From contig JACCYU010000092.1 of the NCBI GenBank assembly GCA_013696315.1, positions 1 to 60,761 of the forward strand: DNA of 60,761 nt, in the 5' to 3' direction. The translations under genes were made by a program, and so were the position numbers. Below are positions 38,636-49,665 of the stretch, in pieces. The DNA comes from Gammaproteobacteria bacterium. GTDB taxonomy: Bacteria > Pseudomonadota > Gammaproteobacteria > JACCYU01. Position 1 is the stretch's first letter. Every line of letters starts with the position of its first letter. The notes beneath the pieces are model-generated. The model was not told where the DNA came from, did no database searches, and saw nothing but the letters and a program-made list of their open reading frames with translations.

Positions 38636-41485
38636 TTATGCGCTGCTCACCTGCCTCTGCGCCTGTATGCGCTCCAGCCGCAAGGCGTCAGCAACGAGCC
38701 GTTTCTGCTGGGCAAGGTGCACGTGAAGATAACCGACCGCAGGCGAAGCCGAGTAAGGTCGGCCCGCGTATTCCAGGCTATGCCGGGAGGAGAGACAGGC
38801 ATTCAAATGCCGGCGTGACTGCATGTAGTTCCAAGCGCCCTGGTTGCGCGGTTCCTCTTGAACCCACACCACATTGCGCGCGTTGGGGTAGCGCTCCAGA
38901 ACCTCGGCGATCTCGTCCAGCGGAAACGGATACTGCTGCTCGATGCGAACGATCGCGGTATCGCGCAGGTCGTGTTCGCGCCGTGCTTCCAGCAGGTCGA
39001 AATAAACTTTTCCGCTACACAGCAACAGGCGCCTGACCCGGCGAGGATCGATGTCGTCGATCTCGTCGATCACATTGTGCCAGCCCGCCTCCGAGATATC
39101 CGTTAGCGACGAGGCCGAAAGCTTGTGGCGCAACAGACTCTTAGGACTCAATACGATCAGCGGCTTGCGATATGGTCGCAGGATCTGGCGCCTGAGCATG
39201 TGGAACATCTGCGCGGGCGTACTCGGCACGCAGACCTGGATGTTGTCCTCCGCGCACAACTGCAGGTAACGCTCCAGGCGGGCGGAGGAATGTTCCGGGC
39301 CCTGACCATCGTAGCCGTGGGGCAGGAACAGGACGATGCCACTCAGTCGTCGCCACTTCGATTCCGATGAACTGATGAACTGATCGATGATGACCTGCGC
39401 GCCGTTGGCGAAGTCGCCGTACTGCGCTTCCCAGATCACCAGCGCGTCGGGCTCCGCGGTGCTGTACCCCATCTCGAAACCCAGTACGGCAGCTTCCGAC
39501 AGGAGCGAGTTGATCGGCAGAAACAGCGGCTGATGTTTATAAAGGTGCTGAAGAGGAACATGCGTACGGCGGCTGTCCTGATCATGGATGACCGCGTGCC
39601 GATGAAAAAAAGTGCCGCGCGCGCTGTCCTGCCCCGACAGCCGCACCTGAAAGCCTTCTTCCAGTAATGACGCGTAGGCCAGCGTTTCCGCGAATCCCCA
39701 GTCCATGGCCTGCTTGCCAGCGCCCATCTTGCGACGCGCATCCAGTAACTTAGTCACGGCCCGATGCAGCCTGAAGTCATCGGGCACTATCGTCATTTTC
39801 GCTGTTAACGAACCGATGCGCTGCCGGCTGATCGCGGTATCGGCGGCGGCTGTCCAGTGCGTATCGAAAAAATTCCGGAAGTCGACCAGATAGGCGCTGT
39901 CTACCTTGGCCGCATGCGGCCCGGATACGATCTGGTTGGCGTCCAGTTTTTCGTGATAATGGCGCCGCATTTCGTCGGCTTCATCAACGCCGATAACCTC
40001 ATCCTGCAGCAGCAGATTGGCGTAGATATCCGTCACGCGCGGGTGACCCTTGATGCGCTGATACATAATTGGCTGCGTTGCTGAGGGTTCATCCGCTTCG
40101 CTATGGCCATAGCGACGATAGCAAACCATGTCGATTACCACGTCTTTGTTGAACTTCATGCGGAAATCAAGCGCCAGCTCGGTGACGTACACGACCGCTT
40201 CCGGATCATCCGCGTTGACGTGAAAGATGGGCGCCTGCACCATCTTGGCGACATCCGTGCAATAAAGCGTGGATCGGGAGTCCAGAGGGTCGCTGGTGGT
40301 GAATCCGATCTGGTTGTTGATGACGATATGTACGGTGCCGCCGGTCGAATAGCCGCGCGTCTCCGACAGATTCAGCGTTTCCATCACCACGCCCTGTCCC
40401 GCGAACGCGGCGTCGCCATGGATTAGCACCGGCAACACCTCGTTACGTTCGTAGTCGCCGCGACGCTCCTGCCGGGCGCGCGCCGAGCCTTCGACCACCG
40501 GATTGATGATCTCGAGATGCGACGGGTTAAACGCCAAGACCAGATGGACCGGCCCGCCCTGCGTGCTCAAATCCGCGGAGAACCCCTTGTGGTATTTGAC
40601 ATCGCCCGAACCGTTGCCGGGATCGACCTTGCCTTCGAATTCCTCGAACAGATCACGAGGTTTGATGCCCAAGGTATTGACCTGTACGTTTAAGCGTCCG
40701 CGGTGCGCCATGCCGACGATGACTTCCTTGACCTTGTGTTCACAACCGCTGCGGTTGATTATCGCGTCCAGCAGCGGGATCAGGCTTTCGCCGCCCTCGA
40801 GCGAGAATCGTTTCTGGCCGACATATTTATTGTGCAGATACTCTTCCAGCCCGTTGGCCGCGATGAGGCGCTCCAGAATGGCCTTTCTTCTGTTCACATC
40901 GAAGCCCGCACCGCCTCCGGCGAGCTCTAGGCGCTGCTGAATCCACCGCTTTTCCTCGGTCTCGGTCAGATACATGTATTCCGAGCCTATGGTGCCGCAG
41001 TAGGTCACGCTCAGAATATTGAGCACCTCCCGCAACGTCGCCTGACGGGGACCGAACAACGACCCGGTGTTGAACACGGTTTCCATATCCGCTGACGTGA
41101 GGCCATGGAACTCCGGATTCAGGTCGGCGACCGGTGGCCGGTCATATTGATCGAGTGGATCGAGGTCGGCCTGCCGGTGACCGCGGAAACGGTAGGTGTT
41201 AATTAACTGCAGTACAGCAACCTGCTTGGCGTCAAAGTCAGAATGCTCGCGGCCATTTGCGGTATTTGCAACGCTCTGATGTTTTGTCGCAACTTGCCGG
41301 AAGGCTTGACTGATTGGTGCATGCGGGACGTCGCGTGGCGTATTCGAATCCGCACTCGCGATCTGATCGAAATACTCTTGCCATCGAGGATGAACAGAGT
41401 TTCGATCGTCAAGATATGCCTCGTAAAGGCCCTCAATGAAGGATGCATTCCCGCTGAAAAGGTGGGAATGTCCTGTATCAGTCAT
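38636..41485 (-). CDS. sucA: 2-oxoglutarate dehydrogenase E1
   Basis: 949 aa: FIEGLYEAYLDD N-terminus, with GMAHRGRLNV and HGDAAFAGQGVV motifs. Confidence 0.95.
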   Translation of the reverse strand: MTDTGHSHLFSGNASFIEGLYEAYLDDRNSVHPRWQEYFDQIASADSNTPRDVPHAPISQAFRQVATKHQSVANTANGREHSDFDAKQVAVLQLINTYRFRGHRQADLDPLDQYDRPPVADLNPEFHGLTSADMETVFNTGSLFGPRQATLREVLNILSVTYCGTIGSEYMYLTETEEKRWIQQRLELAGGGAGFDVNRRKAILERLIAANGLEEYLHNKYVGQKRFSLEGGESLIPLLDAIINRSGCEHKVKEVIVGMAHRGRLNVQVNTLGIKPRDLFEEFEGKVDPGNGSGDVKYHKGFSADLSTQGGPVHLVLAFNPSHLEIINPVVEGSARARQERRGDYERNEVLPVLIHGDAAFAGQGVVMETLNLSETRGYSTGGTVHIVINNQIGFTTSDPLDSRSTLYCTDVAKMVQAPIFHVNADDPEAVVYVTELALDFRMKFNKDVVIDMVCYRRYGHSEADEPSATQPIMYQRIKGHPRVTDIYANLLLQDEVIGVDEADEMRRHYHEKLDANQIVSGPHAAKVDSAYLVDFRNFFDTHWTAAADTAISRQRIGSLTAKMTIVPDDFRLHRAVTKLLDARRKMGAGKQAMDWGFAETLAYASLLEEGFQVRLSGQDSARGTFFHRHAVIHDQDSRRTHVPLQHLYKHQPLFLPINSLLSEAAVLGFEMGYSTAEPDALVIWEAQYGDFANGAQVIIDQFISSSESKWRRLSGIVLFLPHGYDGQGPEHSSARLERYLQLCAEDNIQVCVPSTPAQMFHMLRRQILRPYRKPLIVLSPKSLLRHKLSASSLTDISEAGWHNVIDEIDDIDPRRVRRLLLCSGKVYFDLLEARREHDLRDTAIVRIEQQYPFPLDEIAEVLERYPNARNVVWVQEEPRNQGAWNYMQSRRHLNACLSSRHSLEYAGRPYSASPAVGYLHVHLAQQKRLVADALRLERIQAQRQVSSA

Positions 41486-41634
41486 AATTAACCCGGCCGC
41501 AAAGACAAAATATGTCTGAATTCAATGACACTTAAATGCTAACGCACGATGGGATTAATCACAACACAAGGTTACACTCTTACAACAATGCCGTCGTACA
41601 AATAATTCATGCCAGTCACGCTCGCGAACTAAAA

Positions 41635-41979
41635 CTACATCATCTGCCCGACACTGTCGCTTTGCGCCGTGCCCGCCAGTAATCCTTCAATGCGATTGCG
41701 GGTTGCGCCGTGGTCCTGATCGTTGAACTGCATCCCGATGCCCGGCGTGCGATTGCCCTGCGCACCTTGTGGCGTAATCCACACAACACGCCCCGCTATC
41801 GGTATGCGTTCTTAATCATCGATCAGGGTCAGGAGCATGAAAACATCTTCGCCCAGCTTGTAAACTTTCTTGGTGGGAACGAAAACACCACCGTTCTTCA
41901 CAAACGGCATGAATGCTGCCTCCAGGGATGGCTTGTCCTGGATCGACAACGATAGAATGCCCCGACTGTTGTCCGTCAT
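41635..41979 (-). pseudogene. pilZ: type IV pilus assembly PilZ-domain protein with in-frame TAA at codon 56
   Basis: Own translation: MTDNSRGILSLSIQDKPSLEAAFMPFVKNGGVFVPTKKVYKLGEDVFMLLTLIDD*ERIPIAGRVVWITPQGAQGNRTPGIGMQFNDQDHGATRNRIEGLLAGTAQSDSVGQMM*. It is collinear with Pseudomonas-type PilZ throughout. The stop is at 41812..41814. Both halves fall below the track cutoff. Located immediately downstream of holB, as in other gammaproteobacteria. Confidence 0.75.
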
Positions 41980-41989
41980 GCGTGTCTCC

Positions 41990-42988
41990 TCATGCCTTCG
42001 TAGCGTTGAACAGGCCGGTCAGGGCGATCAGCGTATCCTCCAGCACAAGCTGGGGGCTAAGCGGCACCTGCCGCATCCGGCGATAATCGATCAATACGTC
42101 GTAGAGTGCGAACGAGGCGCCCAAGTCTAGGCGCTGGGTGACAGCCTGCAAGCTTTGTACGACATCCGGGTTATTTAACCCGCCAAGCGTACCGTTCGAC
42201 CGTATTTTTACTACGTCGACCAGCCATGACAGCAGCCAGGCCACGATCATTTCGGGCGCGTATTGACGCCAGCGTTCCGCCACGTTAACCGGCGTATCGC
42301 GCGCTTCAGCCAGGCACTGGATATCGGAAAATACGGCGCGCCGCGCGCTGAGCAGATCATTGCGGCTCCATGCCAGCGCGGCCAGCGGCGCGCCGCGCGC
42401 GAGCGCAAGGGAGGTTTCGGCATCGACGTCGGGCGCCTTCGCTACCAGCCATTCGAGCGCCATGGCGCGCGCCGGACACCTAAACTCGATCCGTTGACAA
42501 CGGCTCAGCAAGGTTGCGGGCAATGACGCCGCCCGCGCGGTCACCAGCAGGATGACTGAAAATGGCGGCGGTTCTTCAAGCGTCTTCAGCAAACTGTTGG
42601 CAGCGTTGCGATTGATCGTGTCGGCATTCGAGATCAATGCGACCTTGTAACGTCCGGAGTCACGGCTCAGGCTGACAAAATGGCTCAGTGCGCGTATCTG
42701 ATCGATCCTGATCTGCTGACTATCGCCTTCCGGCGCGGTGTGCAGAAAATCTGCATGATTGCCGACGGAAAGCAGGTGACACGCTCGACAACACGAGCAG
42801 GCATTCGACCCTACAGGTGCGTCGCACAGCAGAAAACGCGCGAATCTGTGCGCGAAACTCAGTTTGCCAAGACCCGCCGGCCCGCTCAGCAGCAGGGCAT
42901 GCGGGAGCGTCGCCTCTTGCGCACGGCGCGCATATTGCGCCCACTGCGCCGCATGCCAGGGGTAGGATTCCGGGAGCGCTGCAATCAC
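41990..42988 (-). CDS. holB: DNA polymerase III delta-prime subunit
   Basis: 332 aa: HALLLSGPAGLGK, a zinc-module-like CxxCxxC region, and a KTLEEPP motif. Confidence 0.9.
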   Translation of the reverse strand: MIAALPESYPWHAAQWAQYARRAQEATLPHALLLSGPAGLGKLSFAHRFARFLLCDAPVGSNACSCCRACHLLSVGNHADFLHTAPEGDSQQIRIDQIRALSHFVSLSRDSGRYKVALISNADTINRNAANSLLKTLEEPPPFSVILLVTARAASLPATLLSRCQRIEFRCPARAMALEWLVAKAPDVDAETSLALARGAPLAALAWSRNDLLSARRAVFSDIQCLAEARDTPVNVAERWRQYAPEMIVAWLLSWLVDVVKIRSNGTLGGLNNPDVVQSLQAVTQRLDLGASFALYDVLIDYRRMRQVPLSPQLVLEDTLIALTGLFNATKA

Positions 42989-43608
42989 GTGAATAACGTT
43001 TCTATCACGCCGGCGATCCGGCGGCGAACGTCATCCAGGCCGCCATTGGCGTCGATGACATGGAATCGTCGGGGCTCGCGCGTCGCGCGCTCAAGGTACG
43101 CCTGCTGCACGCGGACAAAAAAATCCGCATCCTCACGCTCGAAACGGTCCGCGGGCCCCCGCGATCGGATTCGCGACCGCGCCGTCTCGATCCCGGCTTG
43201 CAGCAGCAAGGTGTGATCCGGCCTGAAATCGTTTTGCACCCACTGCTCCAGGTCGGCGATGCGTTGGTCGGCAATGCCTCGGCCGGCGCCCTGATAGGCG
43301 TAGGTCGCATCGGTAAAACGGTCGCTCACGACCCAGCGGCCCGTCGCCAGCGCGGGCCAGACGACCTCACTCAGATGCTGCGCGCGCGCCGCGAAGATCA
43401 GCAACAGTTCGGTGTCCGGACCCATGGCCGGCATTCCGTTAGCGAGCAATAAGCCGCGAAGACGATCACCCAGCTCGGTGCCGCCAGGCTCGCGCGTGGC
43501 GACAACGTCGATACCATGCACGCGCAAAAGCTCACACAAGGTACTGATATGCGTAGACTTACCTACCCCCTCGATGCCTTCAACAGTGATGAACCGAGGC
43601 GCTTTCAC
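42985..43608 (-). CDS. tmk: thymidylate kinase
   Basis: 207 aa: FITVEGIEGVGKST P-loop and DRFTDATYAYQG. Confidence 0.95.
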   Translation of the reverse strand: MKAPRFITVEGIEGVGKSTHISTLCELLRVHGIDVVATREPGGTELGDRLRGLLLANGMPAMGPDTELLLIFAARAQHLSEVVWPALATGRWVVSDRFTDATYAYQGAGRGIADQRIADLEQWVQNDFRPDHTLLLQAGIETARSRIRSRGPADRFEREDADFFVRVQQAYLERATREPRRFHVIDANGGLDDVRRRIAGVIETLFT

Positions 43609-44630
43609 TTCGTGCCTGCCCCATAGCGGCTGGCGTCGCCGCCAACTTGATACTCGATCACCGCTGCGCGGTGTTCGTCGTAGGTCGCGGAGAAATGATG
43701 ACTGCCGTCGGGTTTGGCAACGAAGAACAGGGCGTCCGTCGTTGCCGGATGCAGCACAGCGGCCAGCGAGGCGCCACTGGGCATGGCGATGGGCGTGGGC
43801 GTGAGGCCCTTGTGGATATAGGTGTTATAAGGCGTATCCCCACGCAAATCACTCGAGCGAATGTCGCCGCCATAACTGTCGCTTAGCCCGTAAACGATGG
43901 TCGGGTCGGTTTGCAGACGCATATCCATGTCAAGCCTTGCGATAAACACACCCGCGATTATTGGGCGTTCCGCCCGCGTCGCGGTTTCCTTTTCCACGAT
44001 CGAGGCCAGAATCAGCGCTTCGTAAGGCGTTTTCAGCGGCAGGCCGGGATCGCGCTTGTCCCATAATTCAGCAAGCTGCCGCCGCATGCTCTCATGACTT
44101 CTGCGCAGGAATTCGATATCCGTGGTGCCGCGTGGAAAATAATAAGTGTCGGGGAAAAACCAGCCCTCCGGATGCGCGCCCGGCTCCCCCAGCGCTGTCA
44201 TCACGTCCGCGGGATCATTTACCGTCATTTCGATCCGCGGGTGGCGCGCCAGCGCGTCCATCACCTGCTTGAATGTCCAGCCTTCCACGAGCGTCAGGCT
44301 GAATTGGCGCGTCGTGCCGGTTACGAGATGATCCAGCAGCCTCTGGGGCGTGAGGGGGCCTTGCAGGCGATATTCACCCGCCTTGAGGGACTGCGCCTTG
44401 CCCTGTAGCCGGGCCATGCCAATCCAGTACGCGTAGCGTGTGAGCAGACCACGTCGCGCCAGTCGTTGCGCAATCTCATTGAAAGAGGCGCCGACCGGAA
44501 TATCGAAGAAAACCGTTCTGCCCGCCGCCAATGCCGGTCGGTTCAAGAACAGATAGGCATCCGCGACTATGATCGCGCCACCGAACAGTATTACACCCAG
44601 TATTGTGGCAACAAGCGCGCCTCGCTTCAT
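43605..44630 (-). CDS. mltG: endolytic peptidoglycan transglycosylase MltG (YceG)
   Basis: Track ORF 43605..44687. ATG 44630 (MKRGALVATILG, TM anchor) overlaps the pabC stop as ATGA. YceG motifs LASIVEKE and YNTYIHKGLTPTPIA are present. Confidence 0.9.
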   Translation of the reverse strand: MKRGALVATILGVILFGGAIIVADAYLFLNRPALAAGRTVFFDIPVGASFNEIAQRLARRGLLTRYAYWIGMARLQGKAQSLKAGEYRLQGPLTPQRLLDHLVTGTTRQFSLTLVEGWTFKQVMDALARHPRIEMTVNDPADVMTALGEPGAHPEGWFFPDTYYFPRGTTDIEFLRRSHESMRRQLAELWDKRDPGLPLKTPYEALILASIVEKETATRAERPIIAGVFIARLDMDMRLQTDPTIVYGLSDSYGGDIRSSDLRGDTPYNTYIHKGLTPTPIAMPSGASLAAVLHPATTDALFFVAKPDGSHHFSATYDEHRAAVIEYQVGGDASRYGAGTK

Positions 44631-45445
44631 GCGATGTCCAGGCAGCGCACGAAGTCGCGCACCAGCGGATGCGCGCAATACAAGCAAGCACCGAACTGAC
44701 GCACCGGCCAGATGCCGATGAGGCTATTGCAGAAAAACACGGCATCCGCGCGCGCTAGGTCAGGCAGGCTAAGCTCGCCGATCGTGACCGGCGTGTGCGC
44801 GCGGGTCGCGTGCTCGATGATGCGTTCGCGCATGATGCCGGCCACACCCGCAAAATCCAGAGCCGGCGTGTGCAATGTTTCCGCGCGCACCGCGAAAACA
44901 TTGCTCATGGTCCCCTCGACCACCAGCCCTTCGGTGTCGAGCAGTAACCCCTCCTGATATTCGTCCTGCCATTCAGCGCGCGCCAGGACTTGCTCCAGTC
45001 GATTCAGGTGTTTTATGCCCGCGAGCAAAGGATTGCGCGCCAGGCGCGTACGGCAGAGCGTTAGCGCGATGCCGTGGTTACGATAATCAGGCGAATGCTC
45101 CGGCCAGGGATTGATCATCAGAATACGCGTGGGCGGCGTTTCGACCGACGGCCGATAGCCCCGTCCGCCGTGCCCTCGCGTGATGATAATTTTAAGCACC
45201 GCGCGTTCGACACCCGCGCACAGCAGCAAAGCCTCGGCCTCCAGCAGTGACAATGCGGGCGGATCGATCGCGAGCCGGCCGCAGCCGGTGCGGAGTCGCC
45301 GCAGATGTCTGTCCAGATGTTCGGGAACCGCATCCCGCACCGCGATGGTCTCGAACACCCCGTCGCCGTACAGCAGGCCGCGATCCTCGACCGGAACTGT
45401 GGGCTGGTTCGAGCCATTGACGAGCGCCATCCTGTACTCCTTCAC
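44627..45445 (-). CDS. pabC: aminodeoxychorismate lyase (class IV aminotransferase fold)
   Basis: 272 aa with DRGLLYGDGVFET. Sits between fabF and mltG, as in E. coli. Confidence 0.85.
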   Translation of the reverse strand: MKEYRMALVNGSNQPTVPVEDRGLLYGDGVFETIAVRDAVPEHLDRHLRRLRTGCGRLAIDPPALSLLEAEALLLCAGVERAVLKIIITRGHGGRGYRPSVETPPTRILMINPWPEHSPDYRNHGIALTLCRTRLARNPLLAGIKHLNRLEQVLARAEWQDEYQEGLLLDTEGLVVEGTMSNVFAVRAETLHTPALDFAGVAGIMRERIIEHATRAHTPVTIGELSLPDLARADAVFFCNSLIGIWPVRQFGACLYCAHPLVRDFVRCLDIA

Positions 45446-45567
45446 AGTACCGTGCGAGTGCGTCTCAGGCGCGGCGATGCCGCGGCTGCAACGAAAATGA
45501 CGGGGCGCACCGATCTTCCGCGCCCTGATCGCTGACGCTCAACCTTGCCGTTGCTGTAACAGGCGGA

Positions 45568-46809
45568 TTAAAGCTTGCGGAATACAACCGTGCCGTTCGT
45601 GCCCCCGAATCCGAATGAATTGGACATGGTCACGGCAAGCTTGCTGTCGCGCGCCGTGTTGGGAACGTAGTCAAGATCGCAATCCGGATCAGGGGTATCC
45701 AGATTGATGGTCGGGGGGACAATCTGATCCCTGATCGCGAGCACCGAGAAAACCGCTTCGACGCCGCCGGCGGCGCCCAGCAGATGTCCGATCATGGATT
45801 TCGTGGAGCTTAACGCGAGCTTGTAGGCGTGGTCACCGAACGCTTTCTTTACGCCCTCGGTTTCGGCGCGATCACCGGCCGGCGTCGACGTACCGTGCGC
45901 GTTGATGTAATCCACATCTTCCCGGTTGATGCCGGCGTCGCGCAGTGCGTTAGCCATGCACAAGGCGGCACCCGCGCCGCCCGGCGCGGGCGACGTCATG
46001 TGATAAGCGTCGCTGCTGACCCCGTAACCAACCAGTTCGCAGTAGATGTTCGCGCCGCGCGCCCTCGCCTGCTCGTACTCTTCCAGCACCATTACCCCCG
46101 CCCCGTCGCCCAGGACGAAGCCGTCACGATACAGATCCCAGGGGCGGCTGGCGCGCTCGGGATCATTGTTATGGCTGGCGCACAGCGCCCTGGCGGATGC
46201 GAACCCGCCGATGCCGAGTGGGCATGTCGCCATCTCCGCGCCGCCGGCCAGCATCGCGTCGGCGTCGTTATTGGCGATCATGCGGGCCGCGTCGCCGATA
46301 TTGTGAGTGCCCGTCGTGCAAGCTGACACGATCGAAATATTGGGCCCGCGCATGCCGTACATAATTGACAGATGCCCGGAGGCCATGTTGATGATGCTGC
46401 TCGGTACGAAAAACGGCGAGATACGGCGCGGGCCGCCTTTCATGAAGGCCAGGTAGTTTCTTTCGATGCCGGGCAGACCGCCGATACCCGACCCGATTGC
46501 CACGCCGATCCGCGTGTCGTTTGCCTCCGTGACCTCGAGCCCGGCATCATTGATGGCCTGCACGCCGGCAGCGATACCATAATGGATGAAGGCATCCATT
46601 TTTTTCTGCTCTTTGGGCGCGATATAGTCATCCGCGTTAAAGTCGCAGACTGGCCCTGAGATCTGCACTGAAAACTTGCTGGCGTCGAATACCTCGATCC
46701 TCTTAATACCACTGCGGCCGGCAACGATATTTTTCCAGGCTGACTCAGTGGTTGAACCGACCGGGGAGACGATGCCTAGCCCCGTGATGACGACACGTCG
46801 TCTGGACAT
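45568..46809 (-). CDS. fabF: 3-oxoacyl-ACP synthase II
   Basis: 413 aa: [15 protein letters not shown], the active-site VSACTTG, and HGTSTPAGD / GHLLGAAG. Confidence 0.95.
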   Translation of the reverse strand: MSRRRVVITGLGIVSPVGSTTESAWKNIVAGRSGIKRIEVFDASKFSVQISGPVCDFNADDYIAPKEQKKMDAFIHYGIAAGVQAINDAGLEVTEANDTRIGVAIGSGIGGLPGIERNYLAFMKGGPRRISPFFVPSSIINMASGHLSIMYGMRGPNISIVSACTTGTHNIGDAARMIANNDADAMLAGGAEMATCPLGIGGFASARALCASHNNDPERASRPWDLYRDGFVLGDGAGVMVLEEYEQARARGANIYCELVGYGVSSDAYHMTSPAPGGAGAALCMANALRDAGINREDVDYINAHGTSTPAGDRAETEGVKKAFGDHAYKLALSSTKSMIGHLLGAAGGVEAVFSVLAIRDQIVPPTINLDTPDPDCDLDYVPNTARDSKLAVTMSNSFGFGGTNGTVVFRKL

Positions 46810-46879
46810 GTCTATTCAGTATCCTGCGGTGCGTGGACGGTGATAGCGATAGGACAAACCACATTGAAACCTTAAGGAC

Positions 46880-47116
46880 TTATTCAGTGTGCGCGTTGAT
46901 GTAATCGATCGCCTGCTGAACCGTGGTAATTTTCTCGGCTTCTTCGTCCGGTATTTCGCACTCGAACTCCTCCTCCAGCGCCATTACCAGTTCAACCGTA
47001 TCGAGCGAGTCGGCCCCAAGGTCGTCGACAAAAGAGGCGCTGTCCGTAACATCTTCTTCATTGACACCCAATTGCTCGACGACAATCGCCTTAACGCGCT
47101 CCTGGATTTTGTTCAT
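46880..47116 (-). CDS. acpP: acyl carrier protein
   Basis: 78 aa with the phosphopantetheine attachment site [20 protein letters not shown]. Confidence 0.97.
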   Translation of the reverse strand: MNKIQERVKAIVVEQLGVNEEDVTDSASFVDDLGADSLDTVELVMALEEEFECEIPDEEAEKITTVQQAIDYINAHTE

Positions 47117-47499
47117 AGTTTACTGATCCTCTCCTGCATGAGTGTATGCACGGCGCTTGGCCGCACTCGCTGATAATTGATTAGCTTGCGCGGACGCATG
47201 GTCGGACATGATGCCGTTTCGCCGTTGTGCGGGTCGATATTTGTGGTGCCACTTCAAAGAGACTCTGCGTTTGCTTAAACTCGACCTGTGCCCGTCAGTA
47301 ACGTCTGCGAGAACTGCAACGCGCGTTATTCTAGTGAAAACGGATCGACCAATCCACTCGTCGGCGCAAATCTCGACCCGTCTTCGCGCCTGCCCGCAAG
47401 CCGCACTTCAACGATGAACTCTTCGTAATATCAAAACGTTGTGGCGCAACTGGAACAACGTCATCATGTTTTCGCGCAATGTAAACACCATGCTATCGC

Positions 47500-48243
47500 T
47501 CATGGCATGTACAACCCACCATTCACGTTGAGTGTTTCTCCCGTGATGTACGCGGCTGCCGGCGAGGCCAGAAACAGCACGGCTTGCGCGACATCGTCTA
47601 CATCGCCGAGCCGGCCGAGCGGAATCTGCTGTTGCAGTGCATTGCGCCGCGCCTCCGGCATCGCGCGCGTCATGTCGGTATCGATAAAACCGGGCGCGAC
47701 GGTATTAACCGTTATCCCTCGCCCGCCGGTCTCGCGGGCTAGCGACTTGGAAAAGCCAATGATGCCTGCCTTGGCTGCCGCGTAATTGGCTTGTCCCGCG
47801 TTACCGGTAATGCCAACCACCGAGGCAATGTTGACGATGCGGCCCGTGCGGGCGCGCATCATGCCACGCAGACAGGCTTTGCACAACCGATAGGCCGCGC
47901 TCAGATTCGTGCTCATGACGGCGTCCCAGTCCGCATCTTTCATGCGCATCAGAAGACTGTCGCGAGTAATACCGGCATTGTTAACCAGAATGCCCACCGC
48001 ACCGAACTGGGTGTTGATGTTCCCAATGACAGTCTCGATGTTTGCCGACTCGCGGACATCCAGTCGCATCCCCGCGCCTCTAATATCCTGTTTCGCAAGA
48101 TATTGGTTGATGGCGTCTGCGCCTTCAGCCGATGTTGCGGTGCCGATCACGATCGCGCCGTGCGCGCCCAGCGAGCGCGCGATCGCCTGGCCGATGCCGC
48201 GGCTGGCGCCGGTTACCAGCGCGATCTGATTAGCTAACGTCAT
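47500..48243 (-). CDS. fabG: 3-oxoacyl-ACP reductase
   Basis: From ATG 48243: ALVTGASRGIG, NNAGITRD, YAAAKAG, and C-terminal GETLNVNGGLYM. Confidence 0.95.
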   Translation of the reverse strand: MTLANQIALVTGASRGIGQAIARSLGAHGAIVIGTATSAEGADAINQYLAKQDIRGAGMRLDVRESANIETVIGNINTQFGAVGILVNNAGITRDSLLMRMKDADWDAVMSTNLSAAYRLCKACLRGMMRARTGRIVNIASVVGITGNAGQANYAAAKAGIIGFSKSLARETGGRGITVNTVAPGFIDTDMTRAMPEARRNALQQQIPLGRLGDVDDVAQAVLFLASPAAAYITGETLNVNGGLYMP

Positions 48244-48250
48244 GTGCGTA

Positions 48251-49261
48251 TCAGCATGCACGCGCGGCGCGACTTAGAACCAGCGCCTGTTCCAGGCTTT
48301 GCGGGTCATATATGCAGGCACATTGCAGCGACTTATCTATGCGTTTGTTGAGGCCGCTCAGGACTTTGCCCGGCCCGAACTCGAGCACGCCACTGACACC
48401 GCGTGTCGCGAATGACCTGATCGTCTCCACCCAGCGTACCGGGCTGTAAAGCTGACGGGCCAGCATGACACGGATAGTGTCGGCGTCATCGTGATGGCGA
48501 ACGTCCACATTATGCAGTACGGGTATGTCGGGCGAGCGCAGTTGCGCTTTGGCCAGGCGCGGCGCCAGCGCTTGTGCTGCAGGCATCATCAGACTGCAGT
48601 GCGCGGGCACGCTGACTGCGAGCCGCAGCACTCTTCTGGCCCCCAATGCCGTGGCGAGCGACATCGCGCGCGAGACTGCCGCGCTGTCGCCGGCAATCAC
48701 GACCTGGCCGGGCGCGTTGAAATTGACGGGTGCTACGATCAGATCTTCGGCCGCTTGCGCGCATATGTCGGCGACCTCCGCATCATCGAGGCCCAGCACG
48801 GCGGCCATGGCGCCGTCACGTTCCTTTACCGCTGCCTGCATGAGGCGCCCGCGCTCTCTGACCAGAATGGCGGCCTCCCGAAAGTCCAGCGCTCCGCCGC
48901 AGACCAGCGCGGTATACTCGCCAAAACTGTGGCCGGCCATGATGACTGGCGCCCTGCCACCCGCGGCCCGCCATGCCCGCCATACGGCTACGCCGGCGGC
49001 GAGCATTACGGGCTGTGTGTTCTCTGTGCGATTGAGTTCACTTGCAGGGCCATCCGTGACCAGCGACCACAAATCGAACGAAAGACTGTCCGACAATTCC
49101 GCGAAAGTCTCGCGCACAATCGGATAAGCCTGCGCCAACGCATTCAACATGCCGATCGACTGGGCGCCCTGCCCCGGGAAAACGCCGCCAAGCAGCGTCG
49201 TATCGGCAGCATCGGCTTTTGAATCTTGTGAAACGGTCGGTAGCGAACTCATATTTGACAT
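48251..49261 (-). CDS. fabD: malonyl-CoA-ACP transacylase
   Basis: VFPGQGAQSIGM and the active-site GHSFGEY. The start is ambiguous (ATG 49261, 49252 or upstream 49321). Confidence 0.9.
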   Translation of the reverse strand: MSNMSSLPTVSQDSKADAADTTLLGGVFPGQGAQSIGMLNALAQAYPIVRETFAELSDSLSFDLWSLVTDGPASELNRTENTQPVMLAAGVAVWRAWRAAGGRAPVIMAGHSFGEYTALVCGGALDFREAAILVRERGRLMQAAVKERDGAMAAVLGLDDAEVADICAQAAEDLIVAPVNFNAPGQVVIAGDSAAVSRAMSLATALGARRVLRLAVSVPAHCSLMMPAAQALAPRLAKAQLRSPDIPVLHNVDVRHHDDADTIRVMLARQLYSPVRWVETIRSFATRGVSGVLEFGPGKVLSGLNKRIDKSLQCACIYDPQSLEQALVLSRAARAC

Positions 49262-49412
49262 TGTTTGAGGATAATGCCCGGCATAAGTGTATCGGACGGG
49301 TTCGAATTCAAGCCGCGCCACTCAGCGCGAAAAAGCTTGTCTTGGCAGACCAATTGCCGATAATGGCCGATCCTGCGTTTGACACGACCCGTTGGATACA
49401 ACCCGAGAATTT

Positions 49413-49634
49413 ATGCCGAAAGAAGATCACATTGAAATGGAGGGCACTGTCATCGAAACCCTGCCCAATACGATGTTCCGTGTAGAGCTGGAGAATGGTC
49501 ATGTCGTTACCGCGCATATTTCCGGGCGCATGCGCAAGCATTATATACGCATTCTGACCGGCGATAAGGTAACGGTGCAACTAACCCCTTATGACCTGAG
49601 CAAGGGCCGCATCACGTATCGCGGACGCGGATAG
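49413..49634 (+). CDS. infA: translation initiation factor IF-1
   Basis: [70 protein letters not shown] is the near-universal IF-1 sequence. Confidence 0.95.
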   Translation: MPKEDHIEMEGTVIETLPNTMFRVELENGHVVTAHISGRMRKHYIRILTGDKVTVQLTPYDLSKGRITYRGRG

Positions 49635-49665
49635 CGCGACCGCTTCGCGTTCTCCACCCGGGGAC

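Noticed and set aside
47117-47499. Unusually long (383 bp) fabG-acpP spacer as a possible sRNA or small gene.
   Set aside because: I found no ORF with an RBS, no conserved motif, and no clear promoter or terminator structure. Only its length is notable.
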